The position numbers and the translations under genes were made by a program. This document shows, piece after piece, positions 12,501 to 23,312 of a DNA stretch of 57,114 nt; the first letter of the stretch is position 1, and each line of letters begins with the position of its first letter. Under the pieces are notes generated by a model, which was not told where the DNA came from, did not search any database, and saw only the letters and a program-made list of their open reading frames with translations. The stretch comes from Prorocentrum cordatum (taxonomy: Eukaryota): assembly GCA_963575745.1 (NCBI GenBank), contig CAUYUJ010000046.1, forward strand, positions 62,001 to 119,114, in the 5' to 3' direction.

Positions 12501-13380
12501 AGAAGCATCTCCTCGATGACTTCCGCGATCGCGGGCTCACTCTAGATTCTGCCCGCACAGCTGCATGCGACGCTTTGCGCCTCTCGTGCCAGTCCATTGG
12601 CAAATCGTTCACGCTGGAAGAAGACAAACCTGCACGGTCTCAACCATCCCCAGCATCAGACACCTCTGCGGCGCCATTTCCCCCGCAAGAAGCGCAATCC
12701 CGCGCGAAGACCATCTACAAGACCCTTGCAAAGGATCCGAGTCAGACCGACGCCGTCAGAGCGATAATCGCGTCCATCCGCGCCGGGGCCGAGAAGTATT
12801 ATTTCGTCCACGGCCCCGCTGGCAGAAGCAAACCCACCGTCGCCAGTTACATCACTTACGCTGCTTTGGGGAGTGGACAGCGGGTCGTCAACATGGCCAC
12901 GACAAGAGTCGCGGCCCTGCAATTGCCCTTCGGCGCCACGGCGCACTCTGTCTGCAAGATTCCGGTGTCTGACGAGGACGTCCTCACTTGCTCTCTGCCG
13001 ATGAGCTCCCAAGGTGCCCGTACCCTCGCCGCGGCGTCTGTGCTCCAATGGGATGAGTGGCCAAATTCTAAACGACCTGCGTGGGAGAGCGTCCTCAAAC
13101 TATTGGACCATATTCAACAGCACCACACTACCATCTGGAAGAACAAGGCTTTCGTCTGCTATGGGGATTTCCGCCAGATTCCTCCTGTGGTGAAAGGAGG
13201 CACGCGGGACTCTATCGTCAACGACAGTGTTCGGAAATCTGCTACATGGGAGCTTTTCACTATTTACGCTTTGCAGGTGAACCACCGACAACACCGCGAC
13301 GTCGACTACGCTACCTGGGTTGCAAGCGTCGGCGACGGCACAGCCCCGTCGACACATCATCTCTCCGATGAGCCTGGGCG
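9537..13380 (+). pseudogene. Helitron Rep/helicase, inactivated and C-terminally truncated
   Basis: Start gccATGG at 9537 (MGPKR...). In-frame stops at 9645 and 10822; frameshifts near ~9870, ~11370, ~11550 and ~11960. HUH reads RAH, YxxxY reads YLYKS and Walker A is degenerate. The helicase breaks off after ...VGDGTAPSTHHLSDEPG and joins the non-coding 3' end. Confidence 0.88.
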
Positions 13381-13506
13381 CTACGGCGCACTCGCCTCGC
13401 CTCGCCTCCGCTCGCACATTTCCCACACACACACATCGCGCCCAGAAACATCGTAGGTGCAAGGATCAATATTCGAAGGCGAAGCGCAGCGAGCCTTAAC
13501 ATCTTG
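9537..13506 (+). mobile_element. Decayed Helitron (RepHel pseudogene plus 3' terminus)
   Basis: Helitron Zn motif CTHCSAKLFHCEGDGFCC; YEPLSYPLWFPRGGRGW; GRLLNEWLVDMQCRMEDERL; Rep motifs FFSTLTCN, EYQRRGLPRAH and YLYKSLFKG; Pif1-type helicase GPAGRSKPT, TAHSVCKIP, WDEW and GDFRQIPPVV, QVNHRQ. Ends in a hairpin + CTTG|T at 13503-13506. The 5' terminus was not identified. Confidence 0.93.
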
Positions 13507-13536
13507 TATAAATATATGTGTGTATGTATATAGATA

Positions 13537-15045
13537 TATACCTATACGACCACCCTTCGGGTGATAAGGAGGTTCGGGGGGGACGGAAACAACGTCTCAC
13601 CCGATCGGTCCCACTATCGATCTCACTATCGATCTCACTATCGGTCTCGCTCGATCGATCTCACTCGATCGATCTCACAATCGATATCACTCGATCTATT
13701 TCATTCGATCAATCTCACAGTCGATCTGACTACCGATCTCACAATCGATCTCACTATCGATCCCACCATCGATCTCACAATCGATCTCACATTCGGTTTC
13801 ACTACCGATCTCACTACCGACATCACAATCGATCTCACAATCAACGTCATCATCATCATCATCAACATCATCGCCACCAACGCAATCAACATCATCATCA
13901 TCATCGGGACACCATCATCATCGTCGCCTCATCACCATCAGCATCAACATCATCATCACCATCATCATCATCGGGACACCATCATCGTAATTATCAACAT
14001 CACCATCATCACCATCGGGACACCATCATAATCATCATCAGCAGAACACCACCACCATCATCATCTCATCATCATCATCATGAACAACATCAGTAACATC
14101 ATCGTCATCGGGACGCCACCATCCTCATCAGCAACATGATCATCATCAACATCATCATCATCATGGCAGCACCATCATCATCGTTACCAACATCATCACC
14201 ATCATCATCATCCGGACACCATCATCATCATCAACATCAGCATCATCATCAATATCATCATCGGGCCACCATCATCCAAACCATCATCATCACCTCATCA
14301 TCATCCTCATCATCAACATTATCATCGGGGCACCCTCATCGTCATCATCATCATTCTCATCAGCATCATCATCATCGGGACACCAGCATCATCACCATCA
14401 TCATCAGCATCATCATCCATATCATCATCACCATCATCATCATCATCGGGGCACCATCATCACCATCTCACCATCAGATCATCATCAGCATCATCAGGAT
14501 CATCAACATCATCATCATCGGGACACCATCATCACCATCATCAGCCACATCATCATCATCATCATCATCAACATCATCATCGTCATCGGGACACCATCAT
14601 CACCACCATCACCATCATCATCATCATCATCATTATCAACAGCATCGTTAACATCATCATCATCATCAGGACACATCATCATCACCACCATCACCATCAG
14701 CATCATCATCATCATTATCATCATCATCATCATCATCATCAGGACACCGACGGGACATCGGCGGGACACCTGCGGGACACCGCGCGGCACCGGACGCCAG
14801 AAGGGAGTCATTTGGTCCGGCCGCGCCTCAGCCACAGCGGGACACCGGCGGGACACCGCGCGGCACCGGTTGCCGGAAGGGAGTCATTTGGTCCGGCCGC
14901 GCCTCAGCCACAGGAGACTTTCTTCTCGCCCGCCCACGTAGCTTCGCTTCGCCCGCACGCACGGCACGCACGAACACGAAACCGAAATCGATTTCCCGGT
15001 AGGGGGGCTCTCCGTTCCACTTCGATCTCACCCCCATCACCTCCG
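13537..15045 (-). repeat. ~1.5-kb composite dispersed repeat, copy B (inverted relative to 3856-5414)
   Basis: Reverse complement of copy A; has a perfect hairpin caccc-ttc-gggtg at ~13551-13563; flanked by TA-rich DNA. Confidence 0.85.
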
Positions 15046-16414
15046 GTATATCATATATATATATATATACCAGACTGCAGTGGCGCTTCGCGCCATGCAC
15101 CTTAGTCCTTTGAGTGTCACGCGCAGGCGGCGTGCGTGCGCGTGTACCTTCGCAAATGAAGATGCGAATGCACGTGTACATGCTCACGTGCGTGCACGCT
15201 GTACATATATACACACGCATTGTTTGTATGTGTAGATATAAAGATATGATTGTATGTGTATGCTGTTGTTTATATACAACGTCGATTTATGAGTGCCCGT
15301 ACATATGTACCATGTCTACTTGTATATGTCTACGTGTATACATATGCATGCATGTATGTATGTACACGTACATGTGCACTCGCATGCGCGCGCGGGATGT
15401 ACCGCGTAAATTCGCTGGCCCAACGGGCCAGAGGCATGCTAAGAGCTCCGGCAACAGGTTTCGAACGTTTCTAATTCGCGCGTACGTGGCGGCCCCTGAG
15501 GGGGCCCAGTCCAAAAATACCCCGGGCAATGCTGTTCAAGGATGCAGGAACTCTTGGGGCCCGTCTTCAAGGCTCTCAAGATCGTCGAAGTGGGCCCCAA
15601 GACGCCCGATGATCGCTCCAAGACGCCCAAGATGGCTTCCAGATAGCCCAAGATGTCTCCAAGACGCCCCGAGAGGCCTCCAAGCGCGCCCTCAAGAGGG
15701 CCTAAGAGGCACAAATCACGGCCTCTTGGGGCGTCGCGGGGGCGCCAGAGGAGCCCCATGGGAATCCTGGGCCGATTTTCAGGCGGTAGGCTCGACATGT
15801 AAGTTCGTGTTCCCTTTTCCGTGGTTTTTTGGGGAAACCTTCTTGAGGCTGTCTTGGCCCGTTTTGGTCGTGTTGGGGGTTGTATTGGCGTTCTCTTGGG
15901 CTGTCTAAGGGCCCTCTTGGGTCATTCCTCCTCCTCCTCCTCCTTCTCTTCATCCTCCTCCTCCTCCTCATCATCCGCCCGTGTTCCTCCCGTCCTACTC
16001 CTGTCCTCCTCATCCTCCTTCTCCTCCTCCTCCTCCACATCCTCCTCCTCCTTCTCTTCCTCCTCCTTCTCTTCCCTTCCTCCTGCTCCTCCTTCTCTTC
16101 CTCCGCCTCCTCCTCCTCCTGTCCTCCTCCTCCTCCTTCTCTTCCTCCTCCTTCTCTTCCCATCCTCCTCCTCCTCCCGTCCTCTTCCCGTTCTCCTTCT
16201 CCTCCTCCTCCTCCTCATCATCATCATCCGCCCCTGTTTCTCCCGTCCTCCTCCTCCTCTTCCGCCTCGTCCTCCTCATCCATTCCTTCTCCTTATAACT
16301 AACTTCGCCCTGTCGCACCCCGAAGCTAGTTTTTAGGGCGGGCCGGGTGTTTCGCCTGAGACTTACTCACCATTTATGATTCTGAAGCTTACAAAGTGAC
16401 AACAGTTGCACAGC

Positions 16415-16740
16415 TGAAGGGCGGGTAGTTTTCAAAATGTGGCTCCCGCCCTAGCGCCGCGCACATTAGTTGTGAACATTTGCAAAAGCTTCACGGATTG
16501 AGGGCGGGTCGTTTTCAAAATGTGGCTCCCGCCCTAGCGCCGCGCACATTCGTAGTAAAATTTGCAAGAGCTTCACGGATTGAGGGCGGGTCGTTTTCAA
16601 GATGTTGCTCTCGCCTTAGCGCCGTTGACATTCGTTTTTAAAAAAGTGCAAGCTTTTCACGGATTGAGGGCCGCTCATCTTCACAATGTGGCTCTCGCCT
16701 TAGCGCCGAGACAATTGCAACAAGAGTTTCATGGATTTCC
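16415..16740. repeat. ~82-bp minisatellite, ~4 copies
   Basis: agggcgggt(c/a)gttttcaaaatgtggctcccgccctagcgccg...gcttcacggattg recurs near 16418, 16501, 16582 and 16666. Confidence 0.85.
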
Positions 16741-16889
16741 ATGATCAGCGCACCAGAAAGGGTATTTGGGACCGATTCAGGATTATGCGGGTGCAACAGT
16801 TATGTTGATTCGCGGTGTTGAACTCACAAAAATTCTTAAAATAGGCTTGCCCTATAGGAGTCCTAGCTCATCATAAGCAATTGGTCTTT

Positions 16890-17230
16890 AGGACCCCCCC
16901 CCTTTCCAATGGCAGCCCCCCTTTTTCCAATGGCACCCCCCTTATTTCCAATGGCCCCCCCTCCCCCCCTCCCATTCTCCAATGGCACCCCCCCTTATTT
17001 CCCATGGCACCTCCCAGCTATTTCCAATGGCGAGTCCTTGCACTTGCGTGCTTGCTTGCTTGCTCTTGCTTTCCTTGGACTTGCATGCTTGCTCTTGCGT
17101 GCTTGCTCTCGCTTGCGTTCTCTTGCTTGCCCTTGTTTGATTGTACTTGATCGCTGGCTCTTGCCTGCTTGTTATTGCTCGCTTGCGCTTTCTTGCTTCC
17201 GCTTGCTTGTTTGCGCTTGCTTGATGTTGC
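16890..17230. repeat. (CCAATGGCACCCCC)n followed by (GCTT)n-like simple repeats
   Basis: Directly visible. Confidence 0.85.
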
Positions 17231-17639
17231 GCCTCCCGTCCTCCTCCCGTCCTACTCCCGTCCTCCTTTCGTCATCCTCTCATAGGAAGAGGAGGAGGAG
17301 GAGGAGGAGGAGGAGGAGGAGGAGAGCGCGACGACGACCGCGGAGACCGACGAACAGTTCGCAGAATCGTGAAGTCGTTCGACTCCCCACGGCGGCAATC
17401 CAAGCAAGCACTCGCACACCAACACACACACAAACACACACACACAAACACACACAAACACACAAACACAAACAAAAACACACACAAACACAAACACATG
17501 CACACACATACACACAAGCAAGGCCCGGAGACCGACGACCAAAGACACCGGACCACGAGCGCGGAGGTCGACGACAGACGACGGGCGATGGAGCGAATTA
17601 CGCGACACGGCGCGCGCCGCCCGCGCCGCCGACGGACCC

Positions 17640-17685
17640 TCAGCGCTGCTTGGCGCCCCTCTGGCGCTGCTTGGCGCCCCTCTGC
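17640..17685 (-). CDS. Host gene, probable last coding exon (R-QRGAKQRQRGAKQR*)
   Basis: AG acceptor at 17687-17686; phase matches the 20002 donor; TGA at 17642-17640; followed by a GT-rich UTR-like stretch. Confidence 0.5.
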
Positions 17686-18684
17686 CTCTGCGGGCGGAGG
17701 AGGAGGAGGTTGGAAATCGCTGCTCCCCAATTGTATGAAGGAGGAGGAGGAGGAGGCGGAGGAGGAGGAGGAGGCGGAGGAGGAGGAGGAGGCGGAGGAG
17801 GAGGAGGAGGAGGATGAACAGGAGAGGGAGGCACGCGGCAACAGTGTGACCACGACCATGGCGAGGGAGCGAGGAGGGAGGGGCGGAGGAGGAGATCCAG
17901 GAGGGGAGGACGAGGAGCAGAAAGAGAGGCGCAGGCAAAAGGGGGAGCGAGTCAACACTGTGCCTCCCCCCTTTCCGACCATGCGCCCTCGACGTGGTGC
18001 TCCTTCACCACGACTGGCACCGGGCCCCCCACCCAAGCTCACCACCATGCGGGAAGAGTCCAAGCCCCCGCCCGCCCCCGCACGATCGCTACCGTTAACT
18101 GCCCGGAGGGGGATGGGCGGACCACGACACGCGCCAGAGGATTCACAAAAACGACCTCGTCGCGAACGGACGTAGCCGGGCACCGCGGCACCATTTCCAA
18201 GGTGCTCGGCGGCGCCCGCCCCGGTCCCCGCGCGGACCCCGCCTCCACGGCACATCCTCGAGGGTCACCCCCGGGGGCCCCCCAGACGCAGCAGGGCGCA
18301 TCAGAAGCACCGCTCGGGGGGCGTCGTCGCCGATGGGACCGGAAGCGGAGCGGAGAGATGCTCGTTCTTTTTCTTTCCAGGGCAGTGGTCGTTACCCGGG
18401 AGGGGGGGGGGTCGGAGGGTTCGGGCGGGACAGCAACACTGACAGCGGCCGCGGCGTGCACCCGCCAGGGTGCGTCTGCGCCAGCCACCGCAGATGAGTC
18501 TCCACCCGCTGTTGCGGAACCGCTGGCCCTTGTTGGCGTAGCAGAACTTCCTCCTCCTCCTCCTCCTCATCATCATCATCATCATCCTCTTCCGCCTCCT
18601 CCTCCGCCTCCTCCTCCTCCTCCGCCTCCTCCTCCTCCGCCTCCTCCTCCTCCTCCTCCTCGCTCCTCCTCCTCCTCCTCCTCT

Positions 18685-18887
18685 CGGTAGCAGCACGCGG
18701 GGGCGGCCCTTGCCCTCCCTCCTCCACCAGGGGGCAGCCCTGCGCGGCGGCGCCAGGGCACTGCAGGAGAAGCAAGCAGTTGGGGCGCCCCCGGCGTAGG
18801 GTCTGAAGCACTGGAAGCTGGCCGCCGACTGGCGGCATCGCTTGACTCTCAGGGGAGCCTTGCATCTGGAGCCAAAATGGCTACGGA
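18685..18887 (-). mobile_element. Short SL-headed element sharing the 5' leader of the LINE at 32740-40524
   Basis: Begins with the SL, followed by atgcaaggctcccctgagagtcaagcgatgccgccagtcggcggc (~35/46 identical to the LINE leader). Bounded by CCT/GGA microsatellites; 3' boundary approximate. Confidence 0.65.
18866..18887 (-). other. Dinoflagellate spliced-leader (DinoSL) relic
   Basis: Minus strand TCCGTAGCCATTTTGGCTCCAG, 21/22 match to DCCGTAGCCATTTTGGCTCAAG; followed by AT, not the GT of an SL-RNA intron. Confidence 0.92.
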
Positions 18888-19134
18888 GGAGGAGGAGGAG
18901 CGAGGAGGAGGAGGAGGAGGAGGAGGAGGAGGAGGAGGAGGAGACGGAGCGAGGAGGAGCGAGGAGGAGCGAGGAGGGAGGAGGAGACGGTGGAGGAGGA
19001 GGAGGAGGAGGAGGAGGAAGAGGAGGAAGAGGAGGAGGAAGAGGAGGAGCGGCGAAAAACCGCAGGGCCCGCCTCTCCCCGGGGGCCCGCTGCCTCACTA
19101 GGGGAACGAAACATGGCAGAAACACGAGAACTCG

Positions 19135-19262
19135 GAGGTCCGAACGGATTTCTCGGATCCGCGCTGGACCCCCCCTCCCTGGCGCGCGGAGCGCGCCATG
19201 GGGCGCTGGAGGCGCCGCCACGGGGGGCCCAGCGCCGATCCGAGCAATCCGCGCGGACCTCC
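19135..19262. mobile_element. Foldback/MITE-like repeat family (GGAGGTCCGCGCGGAT...TCGGCGCTGG arms)
   Basis: Imperfect inverted arms here; related arms at ~51010-51040, ~53634-53670 and ~54410-54655. Confidence 0.55.
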
Positions 19263-20001
19263 GAGCTATTCTGTTTATGTCATTGCTCGTTCCCCTACAC
19301 GTCGGTCATTTCTAATCGTGCTCTTTTTTGACTCTGCTCGCTTCTGATTGTTCCTGGCCCCCTAGTGGCCAGGACGAGGCCCAGGACAGAGCAATTAGAA
19401 ATGAAAGGATCCTGGCCCCCAAAAAATCAAAGAACTTTCGAACAATTAGAAATTGACGACCCACCAGACCACTCCAACCGAACCCGAAAACCCGAACTTG
19501 ACCCGAATTTCGGGTTGGGGGGGGTACGGGTTCCATGTGTTTTTTCAGTGCTCCCCGACCCCCCGCCAACCGGAAATGGAGGGCAAATTGAAGCCTTCGG
19601 GTTGGGGTGGTTGGGGTTGGGGTGGTGTGTACAGTCGAGGCGTTGACCTAAGGAACCCTACATAAGGAACGAGGCCCCTTTTTCCCAGAAGTTCAACCTC
19701 GGTTTCCTGTGGATAACCCCAAGAAAACCCGAGGCAAACTTCGAAACAATCACGGAACACCGAGCCCCTCCCCAACGAAAAGGGTTCCTTCCTCAAGACG
19801 GGGTTGGGGTGGTTCCTCCTCCTCCTCCTCCTCCTCCTCCTCCTCCCTCCTCCTCCTCCCCCTCCTCCTCCTCCTCCTCCTCCCTCCCCTCCTCTTCCTC
19901 CTCCTTCTCCTCCTCCTCCTCCTCCTCCTCCTCCTTTGGGGTTGGGTGGTGTGTACTTCTCGGCCCCGGGCCCCCCCCCCTCGGACCGCGGGGCCGCGCG
20001 C

Positions 20002-20105
20002 CTGCTGCCGGAGCGCGAGCGCGAGCGGGCCCCGGAGCGCGAGCGCGAGCGCGCCCGCTCGCGGCGGAACTCCTGCGGGGGGTCCTCGGGCACGTCGCCG
20101 CCCGC
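20002..20105 (-). CDS. Host gene exon AGGDVPEDPPQEFRRERARSRSRSGARSRSRSGS(R), RS-rich
   Basis: GAG|GCG acceptor and AG|GC donor; phase 0 to 2; in frame with the preceding exon. Confidence 0.75.
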
Positions 20106-20692
20106 CTCGGTGGGGGAGGGCGCCGCGGGGGGCGGAGGGGCTTCCTCCTCCTCCTCCTCCTCCTCCTCCTCCTCCTCCTCCTCCTCCTCCTCCCTCCTCC
20201 CCCTCCTGCTCTTCCCGTCCTCCTCTTCCTCCTCTCGTCCTCTTCCCGTCCTCCTGCTCCTCCTCCTCCTGCTCGCTCTCCTCCTCCTCCTCCTCCTCCT
20301 CCCCTCCTCCTCCTCCTCCTCCTCCTCCTCCCTGCTCGCGCCTCCTCCTGCTCGCTCCTCCTCCTGCTCGCTCCTCCTCCGCTCGCTCCTCCTCCTGCTC
20401 GCTCCTCCCCCTCCTCCTCCTCCTCCTCCTCCCCTCCTCCTCCCTCCTCCTCCTCATCCTCCTCCTCCCCCTCCTCCTCCTCCTCCTCCTCCTCCCTCCA
20501 CCTCTCCTTCTCCTCCTCCTCCTCCTACTCCTCCTCCTCCTCCTCTCCTCCTCCCTGCACCGCGGGCCGCGCCGCGCGCCCGCGCCCCAGCGCCGCCCCG
20601 AGCACGCGTGCAGGCCGCAAGCGGGCCTCCTCCTCCTCCACCCCCTCCTCCGCGAGCCCGTAAAGACCGCCAAACAGCACCGAGCGGCCCGC

Positions 20693-20762
20693 CTTCAGTT
20701 TGCCCGCAATGGCGGCCAGCGAGGCACCCGGCTGGCGGGCGTCCTCCAGGTAGACCTCCAGC
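20693..20762 (-). CDS. Host gene exon (R)LEVYLEDARQPGASLAAIAGKLK
   Basis: CAG|G acceptor and AAG|GC donor; completes the second copy of the internal protein repeat (compare RLEAILEYARAP). Confidence 0.85.
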
Positions 20763-20819
20763 CTGCCGGGTACCCTCGTGTCCCCTCCTCCCCCATCCTT
20801 GTCCTTCTCCTGTCTCGAC

Positions 20820-20890
20820 TACTACTACTACCCCTACTACTACTACTACTACTACTACTACTGACTACTACTACTACTACTACTACACTA

Positions 20891-20930
<40 letters not shown>

Positions 20931-21019
20931 GTATTACTACTCCTACTGATCCTACTAATGCTACTACGGCTACTACGACGACTACTACTACTACGCTGCT
21001 ACTACTACTACTAATGCTA

Positions 21020-21100
<81 letters not shown>

Positions 21101-21143
21101 ACTACTACTAACTACTAACTACTAACTACTAACTACTAACTAC
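20820..21143. repeat. (TAC)n microsatellite
   Basis: Directly visible; runs into the assembly gap. Confidence 0.95.
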
Positions 21144-21243
21144 NNNNNNNNNNNNNNNNNNNNNNNNNNNNNNNNNNNNNNNNNNNNNNNNNNNNNNNNN
21201 NNNNNNNNNNNNNNNNNNNNNNNNNNNNNNNNNNNNNNNNNNN
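21144..21243. other. Assembly gap (100 N)
   Basis: Run of 100 n. Confidence 1.
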
Positions 21244-21969
21244 AGAATCTTCAGGAGAGGCTGGGAGGCCTCTCGGGGCCGTCTTGGGCCCCACTGTTCA
21301 AAACCAAAAAAAAATCCTCAATTCAGGCCCCCCCCATCGGAGGCTCTCAGACGGCGTCTTGGAGACGTGTTGGAGCGCTCTTTGGAAGCCTTTTGGGCGA
21401 TCTTGGGGCCGTCTTGGCCCTTCTTGGGCCCCTCTTGGGGCTCTCTTGGGCCATCTTGGGGCCATCTTGATGCCTCAGGGGCCCGTCGGAAGCGAAAAGA
21501 CGAGAATGCCAAACACATTGACTTTCCTTAGGTTTTTGAAACATTTTGGCTTCTTGGAGGGCGCCGTGGAGGGCTCGAAGGGCACTTGGATCCGTCTTGA
21601 GGACTCTTGGAGGTGTGTCGGAGGCTATGTTGACCCATCTTGAGGTATCTTGGGCCATCTTGGAGGCCATCTTGCGGCTTGGAACGCCTCTTGGAACCAT
21701 CTTGAGCCATCTTGGATGCTCTAACGCCTCGATCCCCCCCCCTCCAGGTCCAGGGGAAGGTTACCCCTCCCCCAAGCAGGTGAAGGAAGGGGAAGAGAGA
21801 AGACCAAACTCGCTATACCACCGTAGCCCTAAAGGGCTGGTGGGACTTCCACCTATAGACTTCCAGCCTCCACCAGCTCAGCACTCCGACCTCTAGCGTC
21901 CGGCATCCGACTTTCCACCTTCACCTCCACTCAAGCGTCCACCAACGCTGCGCCCTGAGCCCCGCGCCG

Positions 21970-22118
21970 GGCGCTACCGCGCACTCGCCTCGCCTCGCCT
22001 CCGCTCGCACAATTCCCACGCATCTCATTGAACAAATGTGTTCTCGCCCGCGCCCAGAAACATCGTAGGTGCAAGGATCAAGATTAAAAGGCGAAGCGCA
22101 GCGAGCCTTAAAATCTTG
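21970..22118 (+). mobile_element. Helitron 3' terminal fragment / non-autonomous Helitron end
   Basis: Highly similar to 13377-13506 (gcactcgcctcgcctcgcctccgctcgcaca...gcgcccagaaacatcgtaggtgcaaggatcaa...aaggcgaagcgcagcgagcctt...atcttg|t). Hairpin arms caagattaaaaggc / gccttaaaatcttg. Confidence 0.85.
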
Positions 22119-22142
22119 TGTGTATATATATATATATATATA

Positions 22143-22995
22143 AGAAGCCCCCTGGAATTCCTAGGCATCCCTAGGAATCCCTAGGACCCCCTAGGATTCC
22201 AAAGGACTCCCTAGGACTCCCTAGGAGCAATATTCCCTAGGACTCCATAGGATTCCCTAGGACTTCCTAGGACTCCCCGGGAATCCCTAGGAATATCTAC
22301 GACTCCCTAGGAATCCTTTTTTTAAAATGCCATACGAATCTCTAGGAATCCCTAGGAATCCCTAGGAGCCCGTACATTCCTTAGGAATCCGTAGGAATCC
22401 GTAGGAACCCCCAGGAACCTCTTTGAATAAGATGCCATAGGAATCCGCAGGAATCCCTAGGACTCCCTAGGAATCCCTAGGACTTCGTAGAAACCCTTAG
22501 GAAAACCGTGGGAACCCATGAAAATAAGATTCCTTAGGAATCACTAGGGTCCCCTAGGAAACCCTAGGACTCCCTAGGAATCCTTAGGAATCTCTAGGAA
22601 CCCGTAGGAATTTTACGGAATCCCTAAGAATACAATTCCCGAAGAATTTATAGGGGTCCATAGGAATCTCTAGAATCTCCAGGAATTCTCAGAAGTACTT
22701 AGGAATCCCTCGGGCCCCCTAGGAACCCTTAGGAATCCCTAAGAGTAAGATCCCCTGGGGATCCCTAGGAGTCCCTAGGAATACCTAAGAATCCATAGGA
22801 ATCCATAGGAACCCCTGGGAATTCCTAGGGGCCCTTAGGACTCCCCGAGGGTAAGATTGCATACGAATCCTAGGAAGCCATAGGAACCCACAGGAATCCA
22901 TCGGAATCCATAGGAACCAGTCGGAACCCTGAGGATGACTAGGAATCCCTCTGAACCCATAGGAACCCTTAGGATTATTAGGAACTGAAGGAACC
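22143..22995. repeat. Degenerate ~10-bp satellite (CCTAGGAATC)n
   Basis: Dozens of ctaggaatcc/ctaggactcc units; the same motif fills 25070-25180. Confidence 0.9.
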
Positions 22996-23312
22996 CTCAT
23001 GCACATAAACACGCGCACTCCTCCCCCCCCCCCTCCCCAATCGCCCTGCCCAGAAAGCAAGAGAGCGTACTTTGTCTGCGCAACCCTGCCCCCGGAGTTG
23101 CTCTGACACCGCGGTCGCGTAGGCGGCTCAGAGTACAGCGGTTTCAAAGCGCCCCCTGCTCGCCCCCCTCGCTCGGCTCCCTGCCCCCCTGTTCCCCCGC
23201 CCCCCCCCCCCCCCCCCGCGCCCCCCCCCCCCCCCCCCCTGCCCTGTAGGCGGATCGCGTAACACTACAGCTACACAGTGCCCTCAGCCCGCGGCCCAGG
23301 AAACGCCCCAGA

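Noticed and set aside
9537..13456. Active Helitron or cellular PIF1 gene
   Set aside because: Stops, frameshifts, RAH in place of HUH, lost second Tyr, degenerate Walker A and missing C-terminal helicase motifs; linkage to Rep identifies it as a Helitron.
17820..18550. Coding exon or ORF in the GC-rich island
   Set aside because: No frame gives a recognisable or protein-like sequence, and it is not needed to complete the host gene model; it cannot be excluded without RNA data.
21821..21840. ccgtagcc as a fourth SL relic
   Set aside because: Only 8 nt match; continues as the hairpin agccctaaagggct of a dispersed repeat.
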